Shown here in pieces: positions 1 through 12,483 of a stretch of 64,000 nt of DNA. The DNA lies in assembly GCF_000150275.1 (NCBI RefSeq), contig NW_002060950.1:2220106-2284105 (forward strand), written 5' to 3'. Within the stretch, counting starts at the first letter, position 1; each line of letters starts with the position of its first letter. A model generated the notes under the pieces. The model saw nothing but the letters and a program-made list of their open reading frames with translations, was not told where the DNA came from and did no database searches. The DNA comes from Trichoplax adhaerens. Taxonomy: Eukaryota > Animalia > Placozoa. Both the position numbers and the translations under genes were made by a program.

Positions 1-1636
1 AAGTATTATTTATGTACAACTGCTATCTCTTCCATTGGATTGCAACTGTAACTATATTGAATAATACAGTATAGGTAGTAGTCGCGCATCACTATGCTCC
101 ATTCTATAACTTTATTCTGTGATAATGATCAAAGATTATTTTTGGGGTAAAGCTAATTGCCAATGTATTAAATATGAGCATTTAGCGTCAATATGTACTA
201 CAGTTCAATAAAGAACTGATAATTCTTCAAACTTCCGTTTCGTGCTTCAATGATGTCGATATTATACTCCTGGAATCATTCCAGCTAATGACACTAGTGA
301 TGAGTTAGGGTTAAGAATCCATATACACTACAACTCGATCAGCTCACACCATGGTGCGTGGAAGAACTTTGATAATTCAAGTAACTCAACTATTTAAGTA
401 TATTTCGAATGTAATTGGTGGCAATGGCTAGTTGGATTCTATCAAGGACTCGTTGAATATCCCTGATTACGGTACGAAATGGACTCATGCTTGCTACACG
501 AGCTCTTAATTCATGGCTCTCAGCTCAATCTAATCAGAATTTGCAATTGTGAAATTCTTGTAGTAAAGATCATTTTGTACTGCAGTGTTGTCGATATTAG
601 TCCATCAATCCACACACCATGCCGTGCCGTGCACAACATATTCGACAGGAATTCAACTATACGTATCTATTTCGATTTGATGGATGCTGATGGCTGCTTG
701 GATTTTATCAAGAACTTGTTAGAAGTGGATAATTAATACAAAGTACGTGGATCTGTAACAACACAGGACAAGGAATGTCTACTAGACTGATTTTGAGTTG
801 ATGCGTACATTACTGTAGTTGCCTCATAAAATGTTACCAATGCCGCCAGTATATCGCTTTCATTTTGCAATCAATTTAAGATATCTGGCACAAAACTTCA
901 TCAGTTTACTATTTACAATTGGCCAGCCCTCGTCTTCATTCATATTTCAGCATTCAAGTAAATTAGAACTGCTGGAGTTTAGAGGTCCATGACTCAGGAG
1001 TGTAACAGGTGCCGTATGGAATGGACTCTTGAGATAGCGATCTGATACTATTGGAAAATAAACTGGAAAGAGGTCAAAATTGCAGTAGCTTTTCTCTCAT
1101 AAATCAATGTTTCAACGAATGAGACGAGATCTTTCCTCAATGCAGTCTAGTACATAGGACAAAGGAACGGCCAATTACATCTTCGGTATAACCTGCAATG
1201 AACATATGTATGTCTGAGCTCGTTAATTAATAAGAAAATTTCAGAAATTGAACCAACTCTTATTGTATGCTCAATGGAAAAGGAAATCAATTTAGAAATA
1301 GTAATTTAAGAATGTGATAATATAAAAAATGAGAATCTTCTTCAAAAAGTTATACAGTAAATATTTACGCTGAGTAAGTTTAATACCACCGTAAACTAAA
1401 TGTTTTTTCTTTTGTGTTAATGCATTTTTTTCCATGCCTTCTACAGGAGAGACTCCATTAACAATAATAAATACCATGACAAATTTTGCCACAGCCAATC
1501 ATTATGGACTCGTTCCAAAGCCTAACACATTTTACAATAGGTGAAAAGGGTCAAATTATTTTGACAGGCTGTCGTGCTTTTGCTCCTAGCAGTGAAAACA
1601 TCAATTACTTTTCACAAGTAATTTGCACCCAATTGA

Positions 1637-1970
1637 TGCATGCAAACGATTACAGTATATTCAAGTATAACTTCCGTAACAATGTAGTAAAGGAGTAATT
1701 AGTTTATTGCCTTTTAAAATTATTTCAAAAGCTATGACAGACAGACAGCTCAAGGTGTAGAGGATTATATAATATAGTTTGCACCTAGTTGATGGGGATT
1801 AGCAGATTTCGTACCGATACGATTGCATGATAACGATTTTACAGTATACTGGTATTCAAGTACAACTTCCGTAATAATAATTTTAATGTAGTACAGGGGT
1901 AATTGGTTTATTGCCTTTAAAATCATTTCAAAGCTATAATAGATAACTCAAGATTTAGAGGATTATATAA
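1637..1970. repeat. Diverged direct repeat, two ~135-147 bp copies (1637-1772 and 1824-1970)
   Basis: Both copies read tgcatg..aacgatt..acagtata..ttcaagta(t/c)aacttccgtaa..aatgtagta..gtaatt.gtttattgccttt.aaaat.atttcaaa.gctat..ctcaag.t.tagaggattatataa, with small indels. Confidence 0.85.
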
Positions 1971-2267
1971 GGATACCACCAACTCATTAACCAGTACATT
2001 TAGTGTACTTAGAAATCAGCAAGTATATCGAGTAAGTTGAAATTTAACCTGTGGAATCAAGTTATAAAATTTTTACTTCGGATAGAAAGTACAGTAAATT
2101 TCCATCATCGTCAACAATTCGTATCTTTTAAACTTAATCAGTTATCGTGCGAATTTGCACTTATCATATCGATACTCTAAAAATCTTCATTACAGTGCAT
2201 GAATTAGTGAACAGATATTGTGGCAATTTTCTACTACATTACAATGAATCTATATACACTAATATTT

Positions 2268-2276
2268 CTGATTGGC
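2268..2276 (+). promoter_or_regulatory. Inverted CCAAT box (CTGATTGGC) upstream of the kinesin-5 paralog
   Basis: Matches the NF-Y consensus and lies ~45 bp before the ATG at 2321. Motif match only. Confidence 0.35.
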
Positions 2277-2320
2277 ATAGGCAATATTAACAATCCTCTT
2301 CAACAGGATATTTACTCGTC

Positions 2321-5300
2321 ATGATCAAGAATGCAAATAAAAGCAATGAGAAAAATAATATTCAGGTTGCGGTCCGATGTCGGTATGGTTGCGCAAACAG
2401 TAGTTTGATCTACGTGCTAAAAATAAAATCAAAATATGAATTTATTAGTACAACTTTGGATAGAAGGCTTATTAATGTTGATAGCAAGTTTAAAATAAAG
2501 CAGGATATTTATTTACCCTGCAACAAATGTAGATTAGTTGCATCGTTATTGTACGCCCGTATCTTGCTGTTTTAATAATATAGGGAAGCAATGACAAAAA
2601 TGATCATTATTTTCTGATATACTGATATACATTTCAGCCCTATTCCATTGCCAGATCGAGGAAGTAATCTAAACGTAGAAATTATAAATGATCGACAAGA
2701 ATTGCGCCTCCACTTAAACGATAAATCGACTAAAATTTATACCTTTGATCGGATTTTTACACCTGAAACTAATCAATTGAATATCTATAAGTCCATGGTT
2801 ATACCTATGATAGAAGAAGTTTTAGAAGGCTACAATTGTACTCTATTTGCGTGAGTATCGTCGAAATCTCCATTTTTAATCTAGCTATAAAAGTAATAGG
2901 TCACTTTAATAATGATGATAGTGTGGCATGAGCTCTATTATAAAATTGATGAAGGAAAGGGAGTAGGATTTAATCATCGCGATCGTTGATTATCTTGTCC
3001 AGTTGAAAGCCTTCCTTTGTGAATGAATAGTTTTGCTATAATAATTTCCTTAGTGATTTAAAAGTTGGATCAAATACAGATCTTGAGATTGTTTTTGACC
3101 ATATTAATGTAATTCATCATGAATATTCAATTGAATTAACATTTTTTATGAAGGTATGGTCAAACAGGCACAGGTAAAACACATACTATGATTGGCCAAC
3201 GAGATGATCAGGCTTTTTTATCATGGGAAGATGTAAGTTAATTACGTCTATAGTTATTATCTTGAACTTTTTTCCCCATTAATGCGAAGATAGTGTAAGA
3301 AGTAAGAAATCGCAAGATGTTATTTGCTATTTGATGCTCGAAATTAAAGTGCACCGAATGTGTTTCCTTCAACACTAGGATCCTAAGGCTGGAATAATAC
3401 CAAGAGCACTAGGGCAACTATTTGATCGATTAGAAGCAATGGATGTAAGTTTATTAAATCAATTACAGGTGCTCCTTGGCAGTTACATAATATATATATA
3501 CTAAGGCTAGAATTAGAATTGCGCCCAAAAAGATTCATTATGGCTTTGGCAAGACCTACTTATACTACGTAGATCTGTTACAGTTACAAAAAGTAGAGTA
3601 AACCCTTATCCAAGGCCATAAAGTATATGACTTTAACAATTATTTATTCTTTAGGGCGATTACACTATGAGGATATCATATCTAGAATTATACAATGAAG
3701 ATATTTATGATTTGTTATGTCTTGGAAACATTGAAAGCCAGAAAAAATTAAGAATCTTTGAGGATTCATCCAAAAAAGTAAATAACTTTATAAAATCATA
3801 CCTTCCAGTCGCTTCTCTCGGATAAAAAAACTTGGATATTCTATGTTACCCTTATAAGAATAAAAATATCTAGACGTTGATAGAAATATCCTTTAATATA
3901 ATCATTAATTACATTTTATTGCAAGATGATGTATCAGCTTTTATAGACTATCATATTAGGATCATCTTGACCGATTATAACAAAAAATTAATACGTGTAT
4001 AGGGCAAAGTAGTTGTACATGGTGCCGAGGAAGTACTTATTCGATGCAAAAATGAAGCCTTTGACGTGCTGAACAGGGGAGCAGCTAGACGGCAGATTGC
4101 TGAAACAGAATTAAATGCAAGTTCAAGGTAAGAAGAAATCAAACTGAAAGAAAAGTAATCATAGCGATTCTTTACAAATTTGAACCACAAGCGGCTATAA
4201 ACAAAAATCTATAAAAATTCTTATTTATACTTTTGTAGCCGTTCTCATACTTTACTAACCATTAGTATGGAAATGAAGGACAAGGGATTTTCAACTGCGG
4301 AATTTGCCAAGGAAGAAACTATGAAGATTGGTAAACTCAATCTGGTAATTAATTTTCCTTAAATCTTTTCAATGTAGTGCCATTTCATTAACAATACCAT
4401 ACTGGATTTAGATCGATTTAGCTGGAAGCGAGAATATTAGCCGCTCTGGTGCTTCAGAGCGAAGAGCACGAGAAGCTGGTAATATTAAATCCAGTTAATG
4501 CTTTCCGTTTATCCGAGAACAATTAATATATGATAAATATGTCACAGATTCACTAGATATATTTCTTTACCTTACATAAATCTGAAATAGCAATCTAGCA
4601 TAATCATTCCACAAGTCATTTATAGTGTTTCGGTAACTAGCGTATTTAAAATCTGTTTCATAGGATAGTATTCTTATGTTTATGTGCATGTATTACTTAA
4701 ATTAAAACAAAGTTTATATAAGCTATGATCAAGCAATTAATGATTCCATTATTGTCTGTATAATAACAGTCAAAAGGACTCGTGGGAAATGTCATAGTAA
4801 ATCGAATAATATTCATTTCTAACATTTCTGTTTAATTTTATTAAAACGCTAATATTTAGGCAATATAAACCAAAGTTTATTGACGTTAGGTCGGGTTATT
4901 AATGCTCTCGTAGATGGCAAATCGCATATACCGTATAGGTTAGATCAACGATAGACTAGCACGATATGATTAATTAAATTTTCATCAACGCAATATCTAT
5001 TCATGCAATATACTATCACTATAATTGATCAGAGAAAGTAAGTTAACTCGATTATTACAAGATTCTTTGGGAGGACAGACCAAAACATCAATTATTGCTA
5101 CCATTTCCTTACAATCGCGTGATCTAGAGGTATTGAGTAAGTTGAATCATCATGACTTGCAAGAGATGCAAAACTACGCTTTAGATTCGGATGATATTTT
5201 TCTTCAGCTAATTTCTTACATTAAATATAAGGAAACGGTAAGTACTTTAGAGTATGCTCGAAGAGCTAAGAAGATCACCAACAAACCTGAAGTGAATCAG

Positions 5301-8300
5301 AGAAAATTGAGAAGGATTGTTTTAAAGGTAATGCTAACCGCCTTGAAGAGAATATCGGCTTTTCTTTCTCATTGTATCTTAATGAGGATAACGATATTTA
5401 TCTATGCTATGAAGGACATTATAGATGAAAATATAAAATTAAGACGTGGATTGATGGCATGTCGTGAAAAAACTGGAGTTTATTTACCACAAGATACTTA
5501 CAAGTAATTGTATTCCTTATAGAAATTTGTGCTTATTTTTAAGTAGCTGTTCTATAGATATTATGTCAAGATCCCATTACTTTTTGATGCTAGGCAATTA
5601 GAAGGAGATCTACAGAGGCAATCAGATGAAATTACGCGATTAAAGTTACAACTTAGAGCTGAAGTGGATAAATCCAATTCAGTAAGTTCACTTTAGTAGA
5701 GATATTTCTACTGCTATAAATACATCTAGCAGGAACTCTTGCAAATTAAATTTACTGTAATAGATTCTATTTTTTTTATGAATTTTATATTTATCTCATT
5801 TTCGGATAAATCTACATCAATTAGCTCATTAAAAATGGGAGAGGAGCTGCTATTGATTACAAACCTATTGTAACGATACGTTACCGACATTTATTATTTG
5901 GAAATGCTACAGTTTTAGTAACTATAACAGTTTTAGAAATTTTTAATCTATCAAGATACTGTATATTAAATAAATATATAATAAAGAATCTCAATTACAT
6001 ATATGCTTTCCTATTTAAGTCGTATTCTTTGCTGTTTTTATAAATGAATCGGTTTTAAAAATGCGATATGGACAGATAGAGAAATTATATCCACAAAAAT
6101 AAACTTTCCATTCATTTTAGTTACAAAAAGCTTTGGTGAATGCGCAAGCTGAAATCGATAAAAGGTCTACTGATATTGAGAATCAGAAAGAAGAAATAAA
6201 ATTACAACGTGTTCATATTTCTGAATTACGCAATGTAATTTAAAAGACTATGCTAGGAATTCCTTCGCTGTTGCTTTACCAAATTAATATTGCTTATAAT
6301 ATAAATTCTTAACGTAACCTTTGTTACAATATTCGTAGTAGTCTATTTTATACTATATAGGAAGTTAAACAAATCTCTAATAAACTTAATGAGCAGCAAG
6401 GAATCGTTGAAAACTATGCCAAAGCAGAATATGAGCTTAAACAAGGCACAATTATGGTTTGTTGGCTAATCAAGAAATCTAATATGTGCTTATTGTGAAC
6501 AGAATAAGTTTCAGCTAATACTAAGTTAGAAATCAGGTTAATTTTGAATAAGAAATAAAATAAGATATTTTATGTGTCTTATTTAATTAGCTACAAGGAA
6601 CGGTGCGTTCAGCTTATCAAGATATCGAAAGTTTGCATGTAACGTTAGAAAGGAAAGCAAAACTACAATCAACTAATGAATTGCATATGCAAAATTTTAG
6701 CTACGTGTGTATCATATGAAATTAGAGTAGTCTATGATAGCATTTTAGCAATTTTTTGTCTACTGTAACGCTATCAATAGCTTAAATAATACTTGACAAT
6801 TATTTTAGTGAAATTAAGGCTTTTGAGTATTCATAATTTCTGCTACTCTTATCGTTGTTGATAGGATATCTTAAATACTACCGATCACCTAAATTTGCTA
6901 GTGGATCGTTACCGCAATGAACGTTTAGCATACTTTAAAAAAATTAAAGGAGAATTAAGTGAGATTAAGCGTTAATATTTTTCCATTTGATATTAGCTTG
7001 CAGAATGCGTATACTTGAAAACCTGCTAATTCATACATATGGTATGAATTAATATTTACTGTGGATTGATTGATAGAATTGGAAATGAACAGGAACCGCC
7101 AAGAGATTGATTGTCTCAAGAAATTACTTGATGTGGTCATCCATAATCTTGGAGTTATCATTACTATCTATAACAAACAATTCGCAGTAAATATAATTTA
7201 TTCAGCATTTAATTTAACTTATGACATATTGAGCTGTCTGCAGGCTGAATAATTCTTTAAAAATTAATGCCATTTAAAATATTAATTTTCTAGTTATTAA
7301 CGGAAGATCAGGAATTTGCTCAACAAATAGCTCATTCTAGTGTACCAGAAAAGGTTTGAGCAAGAATCATCAGTCTTATACCATATTAATATAGAACACA
7401 TAAATACTATCTTTTAAACCTTTATAGAAGTGGGATAATGCAATTCGGCAGTTAATGAATCAATTGGTTGGTACTTGTACTCAACAAATGCAGCAATTAC
7501 TCGAATCATACATTTCCTCATCTAAGAATGCGACCATACGATCCCTTGACGATGTGAGTCGTCATTTATATTTACATACTTTGATGGAATACTATCAGTT
7601 TATAACACGATTGTGAACGAATATAATTTTAGATGACTCGCTTGCAATCTATTATTGAAAATCAAATTATCGCAATTGAAAGTAGAGTCCATTCACAATA
7701 TCAATCCACTGAATTATATCGTCAGCATTTGGTAAGATATCTTGAAATTTGAAAGCATAACTTAGTTATTCTTTAAGTTGAAGGAAAATATTTTCATTCT
7801 CACAGATGGAAAAATTAATAAATCAGCAATCTATGATTGAAATGCGTTTAGAAAGTTTTTTTAGCGACCAGCAGGTACAACATTTCTATAAGTGCATTCA
7901 GTATGTAGGACTGATTATTTGTTTGTCATTATAAGAATAACGTCGGATTTAATAATTTATATTTTCTTCTTTAATCTAGAATAGGGTTGAAGATTTGATT
8001 AAAAAGATAATGGATTCTATTCATCAATTTAGTAGTTTGCAATCGGAGGAATTCAATCAAGCTATGGAAACAGTAGGGAGCGAGCTTTAAGATTATGTAG
8101 TTTAAATTATAATTTATATTTGTTTCTGGATTGATTAACTTTAGTTTTCAGATTAATTCTGAGGTTAATAGTAACGGAATAAAAAGCACCAATGATTCAT
8201 TATTAATACAAGGGTAGGTGATCAAGTGTACTTCTCCTGAGAATGTATTTATTTTCTATATTATATGGGAGATAAAATAACTTGTTCAAGGAAGAATAAA

Positions 8301-9322
8301 TCTGACAGCACTTAGATGAAAATACTATATGTTTCCTACAAAAATAATTATAGAGAATATCAAGAAACAATAAATTTGATCCATAAAGCCAAAGATGAGA
8401 TTAATGAGACTCTGGAAACATTTAATATAAGCCTGTGTGAAGAAGTGCAAGAGGTAAATCTAACCAGATGACAATACAAAAATAATATCAAGTCGAACTG
8501 GAAATAACTCTTCGTGAGATTTTTAATTAAATTGACTTTAATATTGTATTGCTGCTGGTATTTTGTCTTTTTGAAAAATTTTCGAAGCAGTATCCGAAAA
8601 TCAAATATATGGAAGATCATTTTACAATTGATATTCAGGAGCAAATTGAAAACATAAAAAGCGATGTGACCAGGGTAAGTCATGTAATACTCTCGTGAAG
8701 AGACGGAATATTTTTGCTACAAGTATATTGCTCTAATCTTCTTACTTAATCATTAAATTAATCAAAAATTTGTGCACGTAGGCCTATGGGCTAGGCCTAT
8801 CTGATACCCTAACAGGCTTACTGAGCAATGATATGAAAGACATAGAGGTATCAATTTTAATGATGGTTATCATCTATCCAAAATGTCAGTAATTCATTTC
8901 TACTGATAACACATCGTATGATAGGAATCTGTTGAGTACTGTGAAAATACAATCGATGATATTGCTAGCAAGATGGAAAATTTGCAAGTACAGTATGAAA
9001 ATGATGTTGCAACATTCGAGAAGCAATTTGATTCAGAAGTGGAGAAAACAGAAAATTGTTTAGAAGATTGCAATACAGCTTTGCTGCAAATTAAAGAGCG
9101 AGTTAATCATTTGTCATCTCGTGAATTTGCAAAAGATCAGCCCTCAGGTAAAAATATAATACCAAGATCAAATTTAGCTGACATTTACGAAAATACATAG
9201 ACAAAATATCTTTTTTGCGGTTTAATATGCCTTTATACAAATTTGCAAATTTATCCACTTATTTATTTTTCAAATTTATTTTATCAGGAAAAACGCCGAA
9301 ACGAAGATCATCTGTATTGTAA
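2321..9322 (+). CDS. Kinesin-5 (BimC/Eg5/KIF11 family), divergent paralog, multi-exon; 3' end uncertain (stop at 9322, or extra small exons to ~9970)
   Basis: GT-AG exons: 2321-2382 (NIQVAVRCR), 2638-2850 ([16 protein letters not shown]), 3154-3232 (P-loop YGQTGTGKT), 3379-3444 (GIIPR), 3655-3777 (SYLELYNE), 4003-4127 and 4239-4344 (switch I NASSSRSH), 4412-4479 (DLAGSE), ~4860-4938 ([16 protein letters not shown]), 5033-5129 ([14 protein letters not shown]), 5232-5327 ([16 protein letters not shown]). Coiled-coil exons follow, then the BimC box PSG|KTPKRR across 9147/9288 and SSVL-stop. Confidence 0.92.
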
Positions 9323-10039
9323 AGATACTAGATTATGCTTTTTAATGCTCGACGTATACATTATGCCAATTTTGCCTGTAATTTTTAAACGTGTGTACTA
9401 TGTAGGTATAATGGTAGTTATGAAAAAGTACATAAAATATCCACATATACAGCTTTAACTGTTAACATGTAGGTCATAGATTAATAAGTAACTTTATTTT
9501 TGTAATGCATGGGATTATGGATACTAAGATTGCGAACAGGCTTTGGTCTTCAACACTACTGTTTCGATACTCTAGTTTGATATTACTGAAGAAATATTAC
9601 TATCTACAGAATATGCACTGGTTGAATGATTAGGTTCTCATATATGCTAACCTGTACGTAGTTATTATCATTGTTATTTAATCGTTTTGCTGGTATTTCC
9701 ATTGTAGAACCGCGTTTACTACACTCCAAAGGAGGATAAAATGTGATAGTATCAATGTAGTACCTATATTTGACTTTCTAAAAATTTTACAAGCTATGTT
9801 ATCGAGCGAAATAATTGAAGGGTTCAAAGATAGATTTGATTTTGATAAACGTAATAGTATCTGATTAGGGCTTCAACCATTTAACTGTAGGATTGTTCTA
9901 GATTTAAATATTCCTGCATAGCAAAGCAAGATACTACGAGGAAGAAGGAACTGAAGATCGTTTGTAATTGTGCATTGATGCCATGGTGCATTTCGTATTA
10001 ATCAGTAATTTCTGCTGGAAATACGCACGTATATTAGAT

Positions 10040-10059
10040 AATTTATTTAAAAATAAATT
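10040..10059. terminator. Back-to-back AATAAA poly(A) signals on both strands between convergent genes
   Basis: aatttattt-aa-aaataaatt is a 9-bp inverted repeat giving AATAAA on + (10052) and on - (10042-10047). It lies between the 3' ends of the + kinesin and the - DDRGK1. Confidence 0.45.
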
Positions 10060-10168
10060 TCGAGGAAGTCATTAATTAATGTTTTAAATTGATATTATCT
10101 CGTGTTGTATAATACATACTATTATATCAAATACGCAGTAACTCTCTTACATAATGACTAATTTGATA

Positions 10169-12264
10169 TTATGCATTGACACTTATTTCAGCTGGACTGT
10201 CATTGACCGATTCGATAGTATGCGATGCTTTACTGTCAGATTGTAAATTTATTAAAGAATTGCTAGATTCTGCTAATTCAGAGATGCTAACTCTTCCACG
10301 CTGCTTTATAAACTTAGCGATAGCATTTAATTCTTCTACAGATATGTAGATATATTTGCCACGATCATCCACTACTCCAGTTAACCTATCCATGGATTGC
10401 AAAGTTTGAATACGATTGATGACGTCCTGAAATAGTTTATCAAAAACCAGGTCAATCAAAAATTGAATCTAATTCAGGATCAAGCAGCAATGTATAGTAT
10501 AAAAACTGAGCAGCTACGGTCAAAAATACATCTGCAATCATTTTAAATATGATAAAAAGTATCGCGCCTAATTTGTTCAAATGATATACTTACTTCTGTT
10601 CTTAATTTGAAATGAGCTGCTACGTCTTCGAGTAAAACCACTTTGTTATTCTATATTGAAAATTAGCGTCATAGTGTTAACATATGGATAGATTATTTTA
10701 ACGTAGAACTACGCGTTTTCATTTAATATCCCAAGAAAGGTATGGACGTTGGAGCATCTAGTGCTTCGGATACCGTAGAGTGGAAGCGAATCATTACCGC
10801 GACTTACCTTAATATAATCAATAAATTCTTGGAGTAGTGATTGGGACTGCAAAGTATACATACGAAATATTTAACAAGTAATTTGGGGTGAAGCAAGATA
10901 AATACTACTAGCTATGTCAACTAGGTTGTAAATATTCTACGAGTGTAACGTATGTATCGTATCTAATTACATTTTCTATTTATGAGCACAAAGTTAAAAT
11001 TCGTAGCTGAAAGACAATACTAAATTTAGCTACCTCTTGGGCAATTTCCGCTTCCCCTGATCCTTCATTCTCAACAGAAAATGATTCCTTTAGTCGTAGA
11101 TATTCTTCATACTCTCTCTTTTCTTGTTCTTCCTTTAGTTTTCTTTCAGCCTCTTCCTTTATTATTAGAATAGGTGGCTTTAGTTACAGATTAAGATATT
11201 TTAATTATTCTATATGAAGGACATTTAATTAATACCTTTTCTTCCCTTTCTTTGGCTTTCCTCTCTTCCTCTTTCCTTCGATTTTGTTCTCGCAATTCCT
11301 GACGATTTATTTTGTCTTCTCTTTCAGCTTCCATTTGCTAGTTTCGTTGAACGAAGAAAAACGCAAGCACCGAAAATTTTATTAATAACTGTATTAGGTT
11401 TCTACCTAATATGACATCCTATCAACAAGTCACATCTTGAAAGTTTAACGTCAGAATTGTGCTGTTTTATTAGCTAATTCGGGACATTATCTCAAATTTT
11501 AAGTTAGTAAGAGAATATCTACTGGTATAATGTTTATGGCTGTACAAATAGTAGTCGATAAAGCGTTAGGTGGTCTGGTATTTTATTCTACTGTATCAAG
11601 TCCGATTCTTACTTCTCTCATTGCCTTCTTTTCGGCTTTTTCTTCTAATTTTCTTAACTTTTTAGTACCCATTTTACGATCATATACTGGCTCTTCAAGA
11701 AAGCCGTCGTCTAATGAATCAAAATTAACGTTAATGAAGGTATCAGCTTGGTATTCGTATTAAATTAGTATCCTATGTAGGTATAGCGTTGAAATTGAAA
11801 GGTAATTGGAAAATCAATGATGTCATATACTGTATGTTGTCATGATGCCCCCGATTTCTATGATCTTACCTTGATACTCATCATCGTAATCGTCGTAGTC
11901 GTTGTCGTGCTGGCGTTGTGTTTTGCTCCTATTAGTTTTATTTCTTAGGCCACGTCTTGCTCTTGCTCGAGGGCGTTGAGGAACGGGATTTTCTCTTCCA
12001 ATCAATTCACCAACATCATCGTCTGCGATCGGAAAGATCCATTAGTAAGTACTCGTATTGATTGACAGTAAAAGAAAATCATTCGTAACAAATACAGTAC
12101 AAAAATAGTCGAGCCTTAACAGGTACGAATTGATCAGCAGTAGTTCAGAAGCAAGCTTTACCTGTTCTAATTTCTGTTTTCGTGTCGGTTGAGAGTAATT
12201 TTACAGCGACAAATAGTAATATAGAGGCAACGGCAGCAATTGCAAGATAAATTATTGCAGCCAT
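10169..12264 (-). CDS. DDRGK1: DDRGK domain-containing protein 1 (UFBP1), ER UFMylation adaptor; ~8 exons
   Basis: ATG at 12264 with N-terminal [26 protein letters not shown], then [13 protein letters not shown], an E/K/R coiled coil, [16 protein letters not shown], and a PCI domain with [33 protein letters not shown]. Approximate exons: 12264-12162, 12023-11870, 11711-11614, 11337-11236, 11157-11034, 10846-10808, 10631-10594, 10427-10169. Confidence 0.96.
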
Positions 12265-12300
12265 CTTCCCCGTTGCCAGAGACTTTCTAGCGTCTCTAGA

Positions 12301-12483
12301 GTATAGTACAGCGTACTGTAAGCTACAGTACTGTACTGTACTGTACAATCGGAGTTCGGAATAACTTCTCATTACTGTACAGTACAGTACGATGCAGAGG
12401 ATTGTTGTGCCGTACCGTGTACAGTACTGTACTGTATAGAGATCATAGAGACTTCCAGTTCTGTACTGTACAGTACTGTACAA
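12301..12483. repeat. Cluster of TACTG/CAGTA (TACTGTACAGTA-type palindromic) repeats immediately upstream of DDRGK1
   Basis: Examples: ctacagtactgtactgtactgtac, tactgtacagtacagtac, gtgtacagtactgtactgta, ctgtactgtacagtactgtac. A weaker echo occurs at 12771-12830. Confidence 0.85.

Noticed and set aside
1-1200. Somewhat GC-richer stretch with ORF 479-736 and a minus-strand acceptor-like site near 1193
   Set aside because: The frames examined are interrupted by stops and no family motif was recognised. It could be UTR, lncRNA or decayed sequence; unresolved.
3885-3893. U12-type 5' splice motif ATATCCTTT
   Set aside because: It lies inside a normal GT-AG intron whose flanking exons already join in frame.
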